Assembly (NCBI GenBank): GCA_951406725.2
Contig: OX597826.1
Span: 29,698,001 to 29,762,000, forward strand
DNA length: 64,000 bases
Direction: 5' to 3'
From: Octopus vulgaris
Taxonomy: Eukaryota
The translations under genes were made by a program, and so were the position numbers. Under the pieces are notes generated by a model. The model was not told the DNA's origin. It worked only from the letters and a program-made list of their open reading frames with translations, and did no database searches. Shown here in pieces: positions 26,454 through 37,595 of the stretch. The first letter of the stretch is position 1. The number at the start of each line of letters is the position of its first letter.

Positions 26454-26800
26454 TCTTTATATATATAAAATTGAGAATGTGTGTCTGTCTGTGTGTTTCC
26501 CTAAAACTTGAGAACTACACAACCAATTCCATTCAAATTTTACACATGCCTTACTTAGAGTCCATGTAGTTTCATGGACAAAAAAATGTTCAACTTCTTG
26601 CCTAGAGCGAGCCCATAGCAATATCATATCTTCTCCACTATTTCAGTATTACGTGTTAAAAGTGAAACAAAAACGTTTCTCTATTTTGTCAGATACTTTC
26701 ATTTTAACAATAAAAATAATGATAACAATTGAATTATATATAGTAAGTAATAATTAAAATCAAACTAAAGTAACATGACAAAAGTAAAAATAGCAATTGG
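26454..26800 (+). mobile_element. Possible Helitron-like non-autonomous 5' end
   Basis: Starts TCtttatatatataaaa followed by a tgtctgtctgtg microsatellite, an architecture typical of such elements. Confidence 0.45.
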
Positions 26801-26849
26801 TATAAAATTGCATCAATGATTTGAACATGAATAAGTGGTTTCACATGAA

Positions 26850-26980
26850 TGGGAATAAATTAAAAATAAAATTAGCCTGCAGAAATGGAAGAGTCCAGAT
26901 GGATAATAAAAAATTAAATTAAAGAAAAAACTATTGTCTATAAAGTATAAAATGTAGAGAAAAAAGAAGATTCGAACACA
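26850..26980 (+). pseudogene. Left half of an old ORF1 relic interrupted by the array
   Basis: Translates KKTIVYKV*NVEKK..KIRT and aligns to ORF1 KRIIYKTYDTTTKMIQK. Confidence 0.6.
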
Positions 26981-28761
26981 CGGCGGAAATCAATTTGCGT
27001 GTTGTTATCTGTGATTAGACGTTGAAATTTTGTTGTGTAAAGTGATTAATATCGCGCGAGGCGTTTGCCTCCACGTTTGGAAACCTTCCGAAGAAGGTGA
27101 ATTGACCCTCTAGTCATGGCGACTTACGCGGGGGTCACGGGAAAGAATAATAATGATTCGGCAATAATCGTGAAGGATGTTTTCTTTGAGAAAAGTAAAA
27201 TCAAAGAATATGAAAAGCTATTCAAAAGGGAGGGTGATAGCGTGAAGCTAATCCCCCCGCGAAAGCAAAGGAGGACAAGGAAAACAAAACTGTAACGTAT
27301 AGAACCCAGGATAAAAGTACAAAGAAACTGGCAAGAGTGGAGATAGCAGAGATCGAAAAATGTCTGGGAGACATAATGGATAAATCGACCTACGTGAGTA
27401 GAGGAAAAAAATTTGGTACGGTGGAGGTGAGATGTGCAACGGAAGAAATTGCAGCCTCACTGGCTACCACTGTTCTAAGAGCGGAAACATTTATAATGTG
27501 GCCCTCATACAAGGGAAGAAGAGGGGTCCGGGTTAAAATTCCCGAATATACCCCCAGAAATAAAAACAGAATGGCTGGCAACAGCTATTCTAGGAGCAGC
27601 AGAAGAGGAAGTGGAGGTGGAATCCTTTAAGGAGTCCAACGCAGTAAATTGGAGAGGATATGGGGTAGAACTGTGTTTGATGGCCACAAAAGAGGACATT
27701 GAAAGCTTCCCCTATAGAATAGAAATCGAAGACGAGAAAACCCTCAGTGTAATTGTAGAGGGAAGAAAGCCAAACTGCTACTTGTGCGGGACAAGGGGGC
27801 ACATTAAAAAAGAGTGCCCGTTATATGAATTCATGGCGGAGTATGAGAAGGAAACTGAAGAAAAGAAGAATACGGTAAATGAAAAAGAAAACATAGAAAA
27901 GGAGACAAAACAACAAGAGAAAGGAAATAATAAGTCAACGAAGGAAAAAGAAATAAAAGAAAAGAAAGAAATAGAACCAAAACAGAGTCAGGAAAAGAAA
28001 AAGGAAAAAGAAACAACAGGAAAAAAACAAGAGAGAGAACAGAATCAAACGAAAAGAAAAGACGGCACACAAAAAGAAAAAGAAAAGGAACATAAAACAC
28101 GAGAGAAAGAGAGAACAGACAAAGAACCAAAAAGACAAGAGAAGGAAGAAGAAAGAAAAGAAGGCAAAAAGAGAGAAAGAGAGAAACAAAGAGAGGAGAA
28201 CAAGGAAGAAATAAGCCCGAAAAGAAAAACGAGAGAAAACGTAGGACGGAAACAAGATTACTACAAGTTAATAACCTTCCATTTCAGCCCCGAAATGAAG
28301 GAATTGACATGTAGTATGGAGGGACATGTGTGGGTCAACAGGATGACTGATCAGTGGCAGGAGACTGCTCTGATCCCCGAAGAAAGAGTCGCTGAGTTCC
28401 TCAGAGCAGCTGGAGAGAGTGTAATTTTTTACACGGGTGTTCGAGTGAAAGAGCGGCTGCCTGAGGGCTCAGTGATTGACTTTAGAGACTTGAAAAGTAT
28501 TATGGAATACGTGTGAGATTGTGAGAGGAGAGAGAAGAAAGAAGAGAAAAAGAAAAAAAAATTGTGAACTATATGTGACGAAAATGTAACCTCTCGATTC
28601 CGGGGATCGAGTGGGCATTTGCATCTCATTGTAAATATTCTTTCATTTGTCATTTTTATTTTTATTTTTTCCTTTTCTTGTCATTTCGCTTTCTTATTTT
28701 AAGTTCCCCGATTGTATTGTCCCCTCTATGTTCGCCCCTTGTGGGTAGTAATAAAATCAAA
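26981..28761 (+). mobile_element. ORF1-only non-autonomous retroelement S1
   Basis: 1781 bp. Shares termini with the L units and has no EN or RT. Confidence 0.9.
27116..28516 (+). CDS. S1 ORF1 (RRM-like region, CCHC zinc knuckle, K/E-rich tract, C-terminal domain); frameshifted
   Basis: MATYAGVTGK start and CYLCGTRGHIKKEC knuckle. Colinear with L ORF1. Two frameshifts. Confidence 0.8.
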
Positions 28762-30539
28762 CGGCGGAAATCAATTTGCGTGTTGTTATCTGTGATTAGA
28801 CGTTGAAATTTTGTTGTGTAAAGTGATTAATATCGCGCGAGGCGTTTGCCTCCACCTGTGGAAACCTTCCGAAGAAGGTGAATTGACCCTCTAGTCATGG
28901 CGACTTACGCGGGGGTCACGGGAAAGAAAAATAATGATTCGGCAATAATCGTGAAGGATGTTTTCTTTGAGAAGAGTAAACTCAAAGAATATGAAAAGCT
29001 ATTCAAAAGGGAGGGTGATAGCGTGAAGCTAATCCCCCCGCGAAAGCAAAAGAGGACAAAGAAAACAAGACTGTAACGTATAGAACCCAGGACAAAAGTA
29101 CAAAGAAACTGGCAAGAGTGGAGATAGCAGAGATCGAAAAATGTCTGGGAGACATAATGGATAAATCGACCTACGTGAGTAGAGGAAAAAATTTGGTACG
29201 GTGGAGGTGAGATGTGCAACGGAAGAAATTGCAGCCTCACTGGCTACCACTGTTCTAAGAGCGGAAACATTTATAATGTGGCCCTCATACAAGGGAAGAA
29301 GAGGGGTCCGGGTTAAAATCCCGAATATACCCCCAGAAGTAAAAACAGAATGGCTGGCAACAGCTATTCTAGGAGCAGCAGAAGAGGAAGTGGAGGTGGA
29401 ATCCTTTAAGGAGTCCAACGCAGTAAATTGGAGAGGATATGGGGTAGAACTGTGTTTGATGGCCACAAAAGAGGACATTGAAAGGTTCCCCTATAGAATA
29501 GAAATCGAAGACGAGAAAACCCTCAGTGTAATTGTAGAGGGAAGAAAGCCAAACTGCTACTTGTGCAGGACAAGGGGGCACATTAAAAAAGAGTGCCCGT
29601 TATATGAATTCATGGCGGAGTATGAGAAGGAAAATGAAGAAAAGAAGAATACGGTAAATGAAAAAGAAAACATAGAAAAGGAGACAAAACAACAAGAGAA
29701 AGGAAATAATAAGTCAATGAAGGAAAAAGAAATAAAAGAAAAGAAAGAAATAGAACCAAAACAGAGTCAGGAAAAGAAAAAGGAAAAAGAAACAACAGGA
29801 AAAAAACAAGAGAGAGAACAGAATCAAACGAAAAGAAAAGACGGCACACAAAAAGAAAAAGAAAAGGAACATAAAACACGAGAGAAAGAGAGAACAGACA
29901 AAGAACCAAAAAGACAAGAGAAGGAAGAAGAAAGAAAAGAAGGCAAAAAGAGAGAAAGAGAGAAACAAAGAGAGGAGAACAAGGAAGAAATAAGCCCGAA
30001 AAGAAAAACGAGAGAAAACGTAGGACGGAAACAAGATTACTACAAGTTAATAACCTTCCATTTCAGCCCCGAAATGAAGGAATTGACATGTAGTACGGAG
30101 GGACATGTGTGGGTCAACAGGATGACTGATCAGTGGCAGGAGACTGCTCTGATCCCCGAAGAAAGAGTCGCTGAGTTCCTCAGAGCAGCTGGAGAGAGTG
30201 TAATTTTTTACACGGGTGTTCGAGTGAAAGAGCGGCTGCCTGAGGGCTCAGTGATTGACTTTAGAGACTTGAAAATTATGGAATACGTGTGAGATTGTGA
30301 GAGGAGAGAGAAGAAAGAAGAGAAAAAAGAAAAAAAAAATTGTGAACTATATGTGACGAAAATGTAACCTCTCGATTCCGGGGATCGAGTGGGCATTTGC
30401 ATCTCATTGTAAATATTCTTTCATTTGTCATTTTTATTTTTATTTTTTCCTTTTCTTGTCATTTCGCTTTCTTATTTTAAGTTCCCCGATTGTATTGTCC
30501 CCTCTATGTTCGCCCCTTGTGGGTAGTAATAAAATCACA
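28762..30539 (+). mobile_element. ORF1-only element S2 (ORF1 28897-30292, frameshifted)
   Basis: Near-identical to S1. The 363-aa ORF 29201-30292 is open. Confidence 0.9.
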
Positions 30540-30766
30540 CGGCGGAAATCAATTTATTGCGTTATTAGTAAGTTGATATATATTTTTGCTCTCATACTAC
30601 TTATCTTTGTTATTATATACTGTTGGTCTACCTTTTTTTGTCCATTGTTGTCTAACGGACGAAGTCAACCTTCGCGCGAAGACTTCGCGTTGGTGTTCCC
30701 CCCTCAGTGGGGGAAAACTACAATCAATTTAGATTACCAAAGGCTTGTTAAAGCCATTTGTTCAAA

Positions 30767-31803
30767 ATGGAGTCCCCCATCACTTATTCGCCCGTGACGA
30801 GCGAGGAGGAATACCCGGCGTTGTCGCCAAGTAAAAAAGAGGCGTTGTCGCCAAGAAAAAAAGAGGCGCTGTCGCCGAAGAAAAAGAGGCGGCGTCGCCC
30901 AAGAAAATGGTAAAACCAGTACCAGCATCAACTCCAGCAAAAAAATTCGCTGAAGTGGCTGGGAAGAAAATTAAAAAAATTAACGTGGACAACCTGGGAA
31001 AACATGCAGACTGTGTGTCAAAAGAGGGCACAGAAGTAACCGTGGCTTCAAACGCCAAAATACAGGAGGATATTTCGAATAGGAGAATAATCTATAAGAC
31101 ATTCAGTATAACAAACAGAGCAATCCAAAAAATAGAGGAGAAAAAGATTGAAAACTGCTTAAAGCCAATAATGGACAAAATTACGTATATCAATCGAGGG
31201 AAGAAATACGGCACAGTGGAGGTGAGATTCACGTCAGAGGAGGTAGCGAAGAAGCTATCCATGGAACCCATAAAAGCAGAGGATATTGTTCTCCTACCCC
31301 TGTATAAAGGCAAGAGAACTTCCAAAATCACTATGAACAACATCCCGCCAGAAGCGGATGCCGAAGTCCCTAGTGGCAGCAGTTATGGTAGGCCTGGAGG
31401 AAAAAATAAACATCCTCCAGGCCACCGTAGAAGAAGAAGAATTCTGGAAAGGGCAAAAGATAATAATAGCCATACAAGCAGAAGTACAAACCCTGGAAGA
31501 GATCCCAGAGACTCTTAGGATAAGCGAAGATGAAAGAGTCACAGTCTTCGTAGAGGGCAGAAAGCCGAGGTGCTTCGGCTGCGGTAAGAAGGGGCATGTA
31601 AGGGCGGAATGCCAGCCCCAACCCAAACCGCAGGAAGCACCTAAGCCAAAAGGAAAAGAAGACAATGTGTCATCAGAAGCAGCGTCAGACGGCCCAGATG
31701 GGAAGACTGAAGGTGTGGAGGTGATGATAACAGCAGAACCAGCGGCGGAGGAAAAAAAGAGCGAAGAAAAGATAAATGAGGAGGGGTGGGCAAAAATTAT
31801 CGG

Positions 31804-31839
<36 letters not shown>

Positions 31840-32165
31840 CGGAAACCACCCCTCCCAGAGTAATTTTAAAAAAGAAAAAAGAGTCAATAAACTCATATAT
31901 GGCCGTAAAAGCATCAAATAGCAGACTCGGAAACGTGTTGGCTGCCATGGCCAATGTGAAGAGAGTAGAGAAAAAAAATGACTTTGCAATTTACAAAATA
32001 GACCGGAAGGATTACGGGCGGATAAAGTCAGATTTCTTCCATGACGTAGGCCCACTTAGGTTGGATGTAACATCTCCACATATATTCGAGGGCCTACGTC
32101 AGACTCCCCCACGAGGCCCAGAAAAAGAGAAGGAAGAAGAAGAAAAAACCGAACCACTGATATAA
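30767..32165 (+). CDS. L-a ORF1 (SPxK repeats, RRM-like region, zinc knuckle CFGCGKKGHVRAEC); frameshifted
   Basis: Pieced from ATG 30767 and ORFs 30907, 31358 and 31776. Confirmed by comparison with L-b. Confidence 0.8.
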
Positions 32166-32174
32166 AGGTAAGTA

Positions 32175-35100
32175 ATGGATTACATTTATGTTGGTTGTTT
32201 AAATGTGCGCGGCCTGGGAGCAGGCTGGAAGCAAGGTCGCTTCCTGCATGATATCAGGTCGCGTAATTTAGATGTTATTGTTGCTACAGAAACCCGGCTA
32301 GAGGGGCCAAGAGGTCTACTCCCGCTGTTTGACGGCTACGAGAGTTTTTTCTCTCCTGGCAGTCCTACAGGCGGGAGTGGGGTGTTGGTCCTATTAAAAA
32401 GAAACCGGGTTTCTGAGAAAAAGTTAATTTTTGCAGATCCAGAAGGTAGGCTGGTCGTCATGGATTTGACGTTCAGTAATGGTAAAGTTATCAGACTGGT
32501 TGCAATTTACGCACCCAACCATACAGGGCAAAGTGATTATTTTCGTGAACTAGAAAACTTTCTTGGTACTTCGCATTCATTAGTGGTGCTAGGAGACTTT
32601 AACACAATTTGCAAAGCGGATGTAGATTATGTTGGCTCGTGTCCAGATAGAAAAGGCAACAGTGGCTTCATGGAACTGCTAAGCCGCTTTGAGCTAGCAG
32701 ATCCTTATAGGCTGGAATTTCCGAACGCTCCATTGTGGACATGGTCAAACAGCGACGGATCTTCCAGGTCGTATCTAGATAGAATACTAATTAGAAAAGT
32801 AGACAGTAAAATAGCTAAGTGTCCACAGTTTTACCCGATCAGCTACAGTGATCATAAAATGGTCACTTGTAAGCTTGACATAGATAAGGTTAAAAATAGA
32901 GGATCCGGTTACTGGAAACTTAATACGTCCCTTTTGGCGATTAAGGAGTACAAAGACCGGATTAGGAATATAATTCAGAGGGCACTATCTGGTACCATCA
33001 TTAATAACAAATGGTGGTACGCCCTCAAACGAGCCATCAAGTTTGAGTCTATTAGATATAGCATAGGAGTAGTGGCTAGAGAGGCTAGAAGGGAAACTAC
33101 TCTAGTTAAGGAATTAGAGGAAGCCATGAAAACTGGCTCTGCGGCTCAGGTGGCGGCCAAGAGACTGGTGTTAAACCAGCACCTCGAGGCCAAACACATG
33201 GGCTGCATTGTCAGGGCTAGAATCCGTCATATGGGATGTGAAGGAATCAACGCCGTGAGATGGGCCCGAGTGGTGGAAGCTCAGCATGGTAACGATGCCA
33301 CGATTCGATCTTTGACGAACCAACAAGGTGAGTTGATAAACGAACCCGAGGAGATGTGTGAGGCCTTTCAGGAGCACTTCGCTCAGCTTTTCGGTGAGTG
33401 CGGCGGACTGGATAGGAGGAGGGCCTTTACGGACCTACTCGACGGTCTGCCGCGCTTATCGGGGCGAGATGCGGAGGGCTGTGAAGGGCCAATCACGCCT
33501 GAGGAGGTGGTTGAGGCAATGGCGGACTGCGGCGCGGGCAAGGCGCCGGGTTTGGATGGTCTACCCTATGAGTTATATAAGAGTATGCCAGACTTGTTCG
33601 GGCACCTACTGGCGGAGGTCTACGCGAACTGGCAGCAGAACGGGCTTATACCCAGATCTGTGCGCCGGGGAGTAGTGACTCTCGTCAGAAAGGACCCGAG
33701 CAAGGGGGAGTGCATTGATAATTTCAGGCCCATCACTCTGCTAAACACAGAGTTGAAGATTTTGGCCAAAGTGTTATCGAAAAGATTGGCGCGTGTCGCG
33801 GATGGTCTGATCGGAGGGGCACAGACATGTGCCGTTCCGGGCAGATCCATTCAGGATAATCTCCATCTAATGCGGTACACTATAGAGGGGTTTAATAGTG
33901 ATTCTGGCAAGGGTGGGGCACTGGTCCATTTAGACCAATCTAAAGCTTTTGATAGGGTCGACCATCGTTACCTGGTATCTGCCCTGGCACAGTTCGGGCT
34001 GAGCCTTGGATTCCTCAGGTGGATTATCGAAATTTATGATAACATCGACTCGGTAGTTCGGGTGAACGGCTTCTTGTCGAAGCCGTTCAAAATCAAACGC
34101 TCGGTTCGTCAAGGGTGTCCGCTCTCCCCGCTTTTGTACGTGATGGCTCTTGAGCCATTACTGCGAAAACTGAGCGGCATCCCGAGACAGCCAGGTAATG
34201 GAAAATCAGTGTCAGCGTACGCGGATGACATCACCATCATCGTAACCGAAATGGACCACCTATGTAAAGTAGGCAAGGCCATAGAGGTGTACGAGACGGT
34301 GACAGGAGCAAAAGTTAATCGCGAAAAGTCAGTCGGCTTGCAACTCGGCACCTGGAGAGGCAAGTCGATGCCTCCTGACAGCGTCGTGGGACGTTGGACG
34401 GAGGGTCCGATTAAACTGCTAGGGGTCTGGTTCGGTCCAGACCTCCAAATAGAGAAGAATTGGGGCGAGGTAACGAGCAAGGTGGCTGCAGTAGCCAAGA
34501 CCTGGTCTTGGCGGTGGCTATCCCTGAAAGGGAGGGCGGAGGTGGCCAATGTGTTTATCGCATCGGTTATCACCTACCGCCTTTCCGTCGTTCCTTGCCC
34601 TGATTCGTGGTTGATCAAGTTGGAAAGACAGCTCTTCTACTTCTTGTGGAAGGGCGGGAAACCACTTGTGAAACGCTCTACTTGCTGTCAACAACCGTTA
34701 AAGGGTGGGCTAGGGATGCCTTGGCTGATGATGCGCAGACATGCGCTGAGGTTAAGACATCTGTGGCTCTACCTGGATGGTGAACGGGTGTGGTCTTCGC
34801 TAGCAAAACTGATGTTTCCCAAGTTCACTAGTTTCGGTGGATGGGAAACCTGGCTGAATCGTAGATCGAAACTTGGTACTTGGTACACGGAGTGTCGCAA
34901 GGCTCTCCTGCTATTCCGTCGCTCGGGCAACGCCTGCGGTGGGGGTTCCACCACTTTCTTCTATAGAGGGTTGGTAGAGGCGGAATGTGAAGATACCTTG
35001 GGGGAAACCCTAGGTCTCGACGATAATCAGCTGGCCAGTCTGTTCCGACGTACGTTCGAGCCAAGGACACTGGACAACTTCCAGAAGTCTCTGGCATGGC

Positions 35101-35570
35101 AATGCTACAGAGGAGCTCTACCTGTTCGGGATAAACTCGCAAGGCACGGTGGCCAAGACAGTCCGATATGTCCAAGATGCGGGCGGGATAGGGAAACCGT
35201 CCCGCACGCGATTGTTCATTGTCCGGACGTGTCTGAGGTGTGGGTTTATGCCGAACACCTGTTGTCAGGTACACGAAGAGTACAGCTGTCGACTGAGTCG
35301 ATTACAAAAATTGACCCACCGGATTTCCTCGTGAATGAAGGTAAGTTTCGTTTTCTCGTTGTAGTAGCAATCGCGAAAGAGGTGATATGGAAGACGAGAA
35401 TGAAAGGTTTACAGTCAGGCAAGTTCATCTCCGGCCCTGGTTTGATGAATTATTTCATCTTTCACCTGAAAAGGAAGATAGGGCTGGAGAGAATATGCCT
35501 GACTAGGAGAGCGTATGAAGAACGATGGAAGGATGTAGCACGGAAGTTGCGAATGAAAGTTACAACATAA
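32175..35570 (+). CDS. L-a ORF2: APE endonuclease, reverse transcriptase and C-terminal CCHC, 1131 aa, intact
   Basis: LNVRG, GDFN and SDH (APE); GYWKLN; FRPITLLN, KAFDRV, RQGCPLSP and YADD (RT); CPRC..ETVPHAIVHC. Confidence 0.95.
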   Translation: MDYIYVGCLNVRGLGAGWKQGRFLHDIRSRNLDVIVATETRLEGPRGLLPLFDGYESFFSPGSPTGGSGVLVLLKRNRVSEKKLIFADPEGRLVVMDLTFSNGKVIRLVAIYAPNHTGQSDYFRELENFLGTSHSLVVLGDFNTICKADVDYVGSCPDRKGNSGFMELLSRFELADPYRLEFPNAPLWTWSNSDGSSRSYLDRILIRKVDSKIAKCPQFYPISYSDHKMVTCKLDIDKVKNRGSGYWKLNTSLLAIKEYKDRIRNIIQRALSGTIINNKWWYALKRAIKFESIRYSIGVVAREARRETTLVKELEEAMKTGSAAQVAAKRLVLNQHLEAKHMGCIVRARIRHMGCEGINAVRWARVVEAQHGNDATIRSLTNQQGELINEPEEMCEAFQEHFAQLFGECGGLDRRRAFTDLLDGLPRLSGRDAEGCEGPITPEEVVEAMADCGAGKAPGLDGLPYELYKSMPDLFGHLLAEVYANWQQNGLIPRSVRRGVVTLVRKDPSKGECIDNFRPITLLNTELKILAKVLSKRLARVADGLIGGAQTCAVPGRSIQDNLHLMRYTIEGFNSDSGKGGALVHLDQSKAFDRVDHRYLVSALAQFGLSLGFLRWIIEIYDNIDSVVRVNGFLSKPFKIKRSVRQGCPLSPLLYVMALEPLLRKLSGIPRQPGNGKSVSAYADDITIIVTEMDHLCKVGKAIEVYETVTGAKVNREKSVGLQLGTWRGKSMPPDSVVGRWTEGPIKLLGVWFGPDLQIEKNWGEVTSKVAAVAKTWSWRWLSLKGRAEVANVFIASVITYRLSVVPCPDSWLIKLERQLFYFLWKGGKPLVKRSTCCQQPLKGGLGMPWLMMRRHALRLRHLWLYLDGERVWSSLAKLMFPKFTSFGGWETWLNRRSKLGTWYTECRKALLLFRRSGNACGGGSTTFFYRGLVEAECEDTLGETLGLDDNQLASLFRRTFEPRTLDNFQKSLAWQCYRGALPVRDKLARHGGQDSPICPRCGRDRETVPHAIVHCPDVSEVWVYAEHLLSGTRRVQLSTESITKIDPPDFLVNEGKFRFLVVVAIAKEVIWKTRMKGLQSGKFISGPGLMNYFIFHLKRKIGLERICLTRRAYEERWKDVARKLRMKVTT

Positions 35571-35819
35571 ATGTAATACCAAGTGCAACCAAAAGTATCA
35601 GTGGGGAGGCGGGGCTCGTGGGGTCCGAGCTAAACCCGCACCCACTCCACCCGTAATGTCTTCCGGTCTGTCCTATCACTCGATTTTTGTCCATTTATTG
35701 TTATTCATGAAAATTTTTAAACCCGATTTATTGTAAAAACCCATTCGTTTGTCTGACCCCATCATCAGAATGTATTGTCCCATCTGTGTTCGCCCCTTGT
35801 GGGTAATAATAAAACAACA

Positions 35820-37595
35820 CGGCGGAAATCAATTTGCGTGTTGTTATCTGTGATTAGAAGTTGAAATTTTGTTGTGTAAAGTGATTAATATCGCGCGAGG
35901 CGTTTGCCTCCACCTGTGGAAACCTTCCGAAGAAGGTGAATTGACCCTCTAGTCATGGCGACTTACGCGGGGGTCACGGGAAAGAAAAATAATGATTCGT
36001 CGATAATCGTGAAGGATGTTTTCTTTGAGAAAAGTAAACTCAAAGAATATGAAAAGCTATTCAAAAGGGAGGGTGATAGCGTGAAGCTAATCCCCCCGCG
36101 AAAGCAAAAGAGGACAAAGAAAACAAGACTGTAACGTATAGAACCCAGGACAAAAGTACAAAGAAACTGGCAAGAGTGGAGATAGCAGAGATCGAAAAAT
36201 GTCTGGGAGACATAATGGATAAATCGACCTACGTGAGTAGAGGCAAAAATTTGGTACGGTGGAGGTGAGATGTGCAACGGAAGAAATTGCAGCCTCACTG
36301 GCTACCACTGTTCTAAGAGCGGAAACATTTATAATGTGGCCCTCATACAAGGGAAGAAGAGGGGTCCGGGTTAAAATCCCGAATATACCCCCAGAAGTAA
36401 AAACAGAATGGCTGGCAACAGCTATTCTAGGAGCAGCAGAAGAGGAAGTGGAGGTGGAATCCTTTAAGGAGTCCAACGCAGTAAATTGGAGAGGATATGG
36501 GGTAGAACTGTGTTTGATGGCCACAAAAGAGGACATTGAAAGGTTCCCCTATAGAATAGAAATCGAAGACGAGAAAACCCTCAGTGTAATTGTAGAGGGA
36601 AGAAAGCCAAACTGCTACTTGTGCGGGACAAGGGGGCACATTAAAAAAGAGTGCCCGTTATACGAATTCGTAGCGGAGTGCGAGCAGGAACTCGAAAAGA
36701 AGAATACGGTAAATGAAAAAGAAAACATAGAAAAGGAAACAAAACAACAAGAGAAAGGAAATAATAAGTCAATGAAGGAAAAAGAAATAAAAGAAAAGAA
36801 AGAAATAGAACCAAAACAGAGTCAGGAAAAGAAAAAGGAAAAAGAAACAACAGGAAAAAAACAAGAGAGAGATCAGAATCAAACGAAAAGAAAAGACGGC
36901 ACACAAAAGAAAAAGAAAAGGAACATAAAACACGAGAGAAAGAGAGAACAGACAAAGAACCAAAAGACAAGAGAAGGAAGGAGAAAGAAAAGAAGGCAAA
37001 AAGAGAGAAAGAGAGAAACAAAGAGAGGAGAACAAGGAAGAAATAAGCCCGAAAAGAAAAACGAGAGAAAACGTAGGACGGAAACAAGATTACTACAAGT
37101 TAATAACCTTCCATTTCAGCCCCGAAATGAAGGAATTGACATGTAGTACGGAGGGACATGTGTGGGTCAACAGGATGACTGATCAGTGGCAGGAGACTGC
37201 TCTGATCCCCGAAGAAAGAGTCGCTGAGTTCCTCAGAGCAGCTGGAGAGAGTGTAATTTTTTACACGGGTGTTCGAATGAAAGAGCGGCTGCCTGAGGGC
37301 TCAGTGATTGACTTTAGAGACTTGAAAGGTATTATGGAATACGTGTGAGATTGTGAGAGGAGAGAGAAGAAAGAAGAAAAAAAAGAAAAAAAAAATTGTG
37401 AACTATATGTGACGAAAATGTAACCTCTCGATTCCGGGGATCGAGTGGGCATTTGCATCTCATTGTAAATATTCTTTCATTTGTCATTTTTACTTTTTAT
37501 TTTTTCCCTTCTTGTCATTTCGCTTTCTTATTTTAAGTTCCCCGATTGTATTGTCCCCTCTATGTTCGCCCCTTGTGGGTAGTAATAAAATCACA
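35820..37595 (+). mobile_element. ORF1-only element S3 (ORF1 35955-37348, frameshifted)
   Basis: Homologous to S1 and S2. Confidence 0.9.

Larger units (their letters stand above)
30540..35819 (+). mobile_element. Full-length L1/Tx1-clade LINE L-a
   Basis: 5280 bp: 5'UTR, ORF1, intact ORF2, and a 3'UTR ending gccccttgtgggtaataataaaacaaca. Confidence 0.93.
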
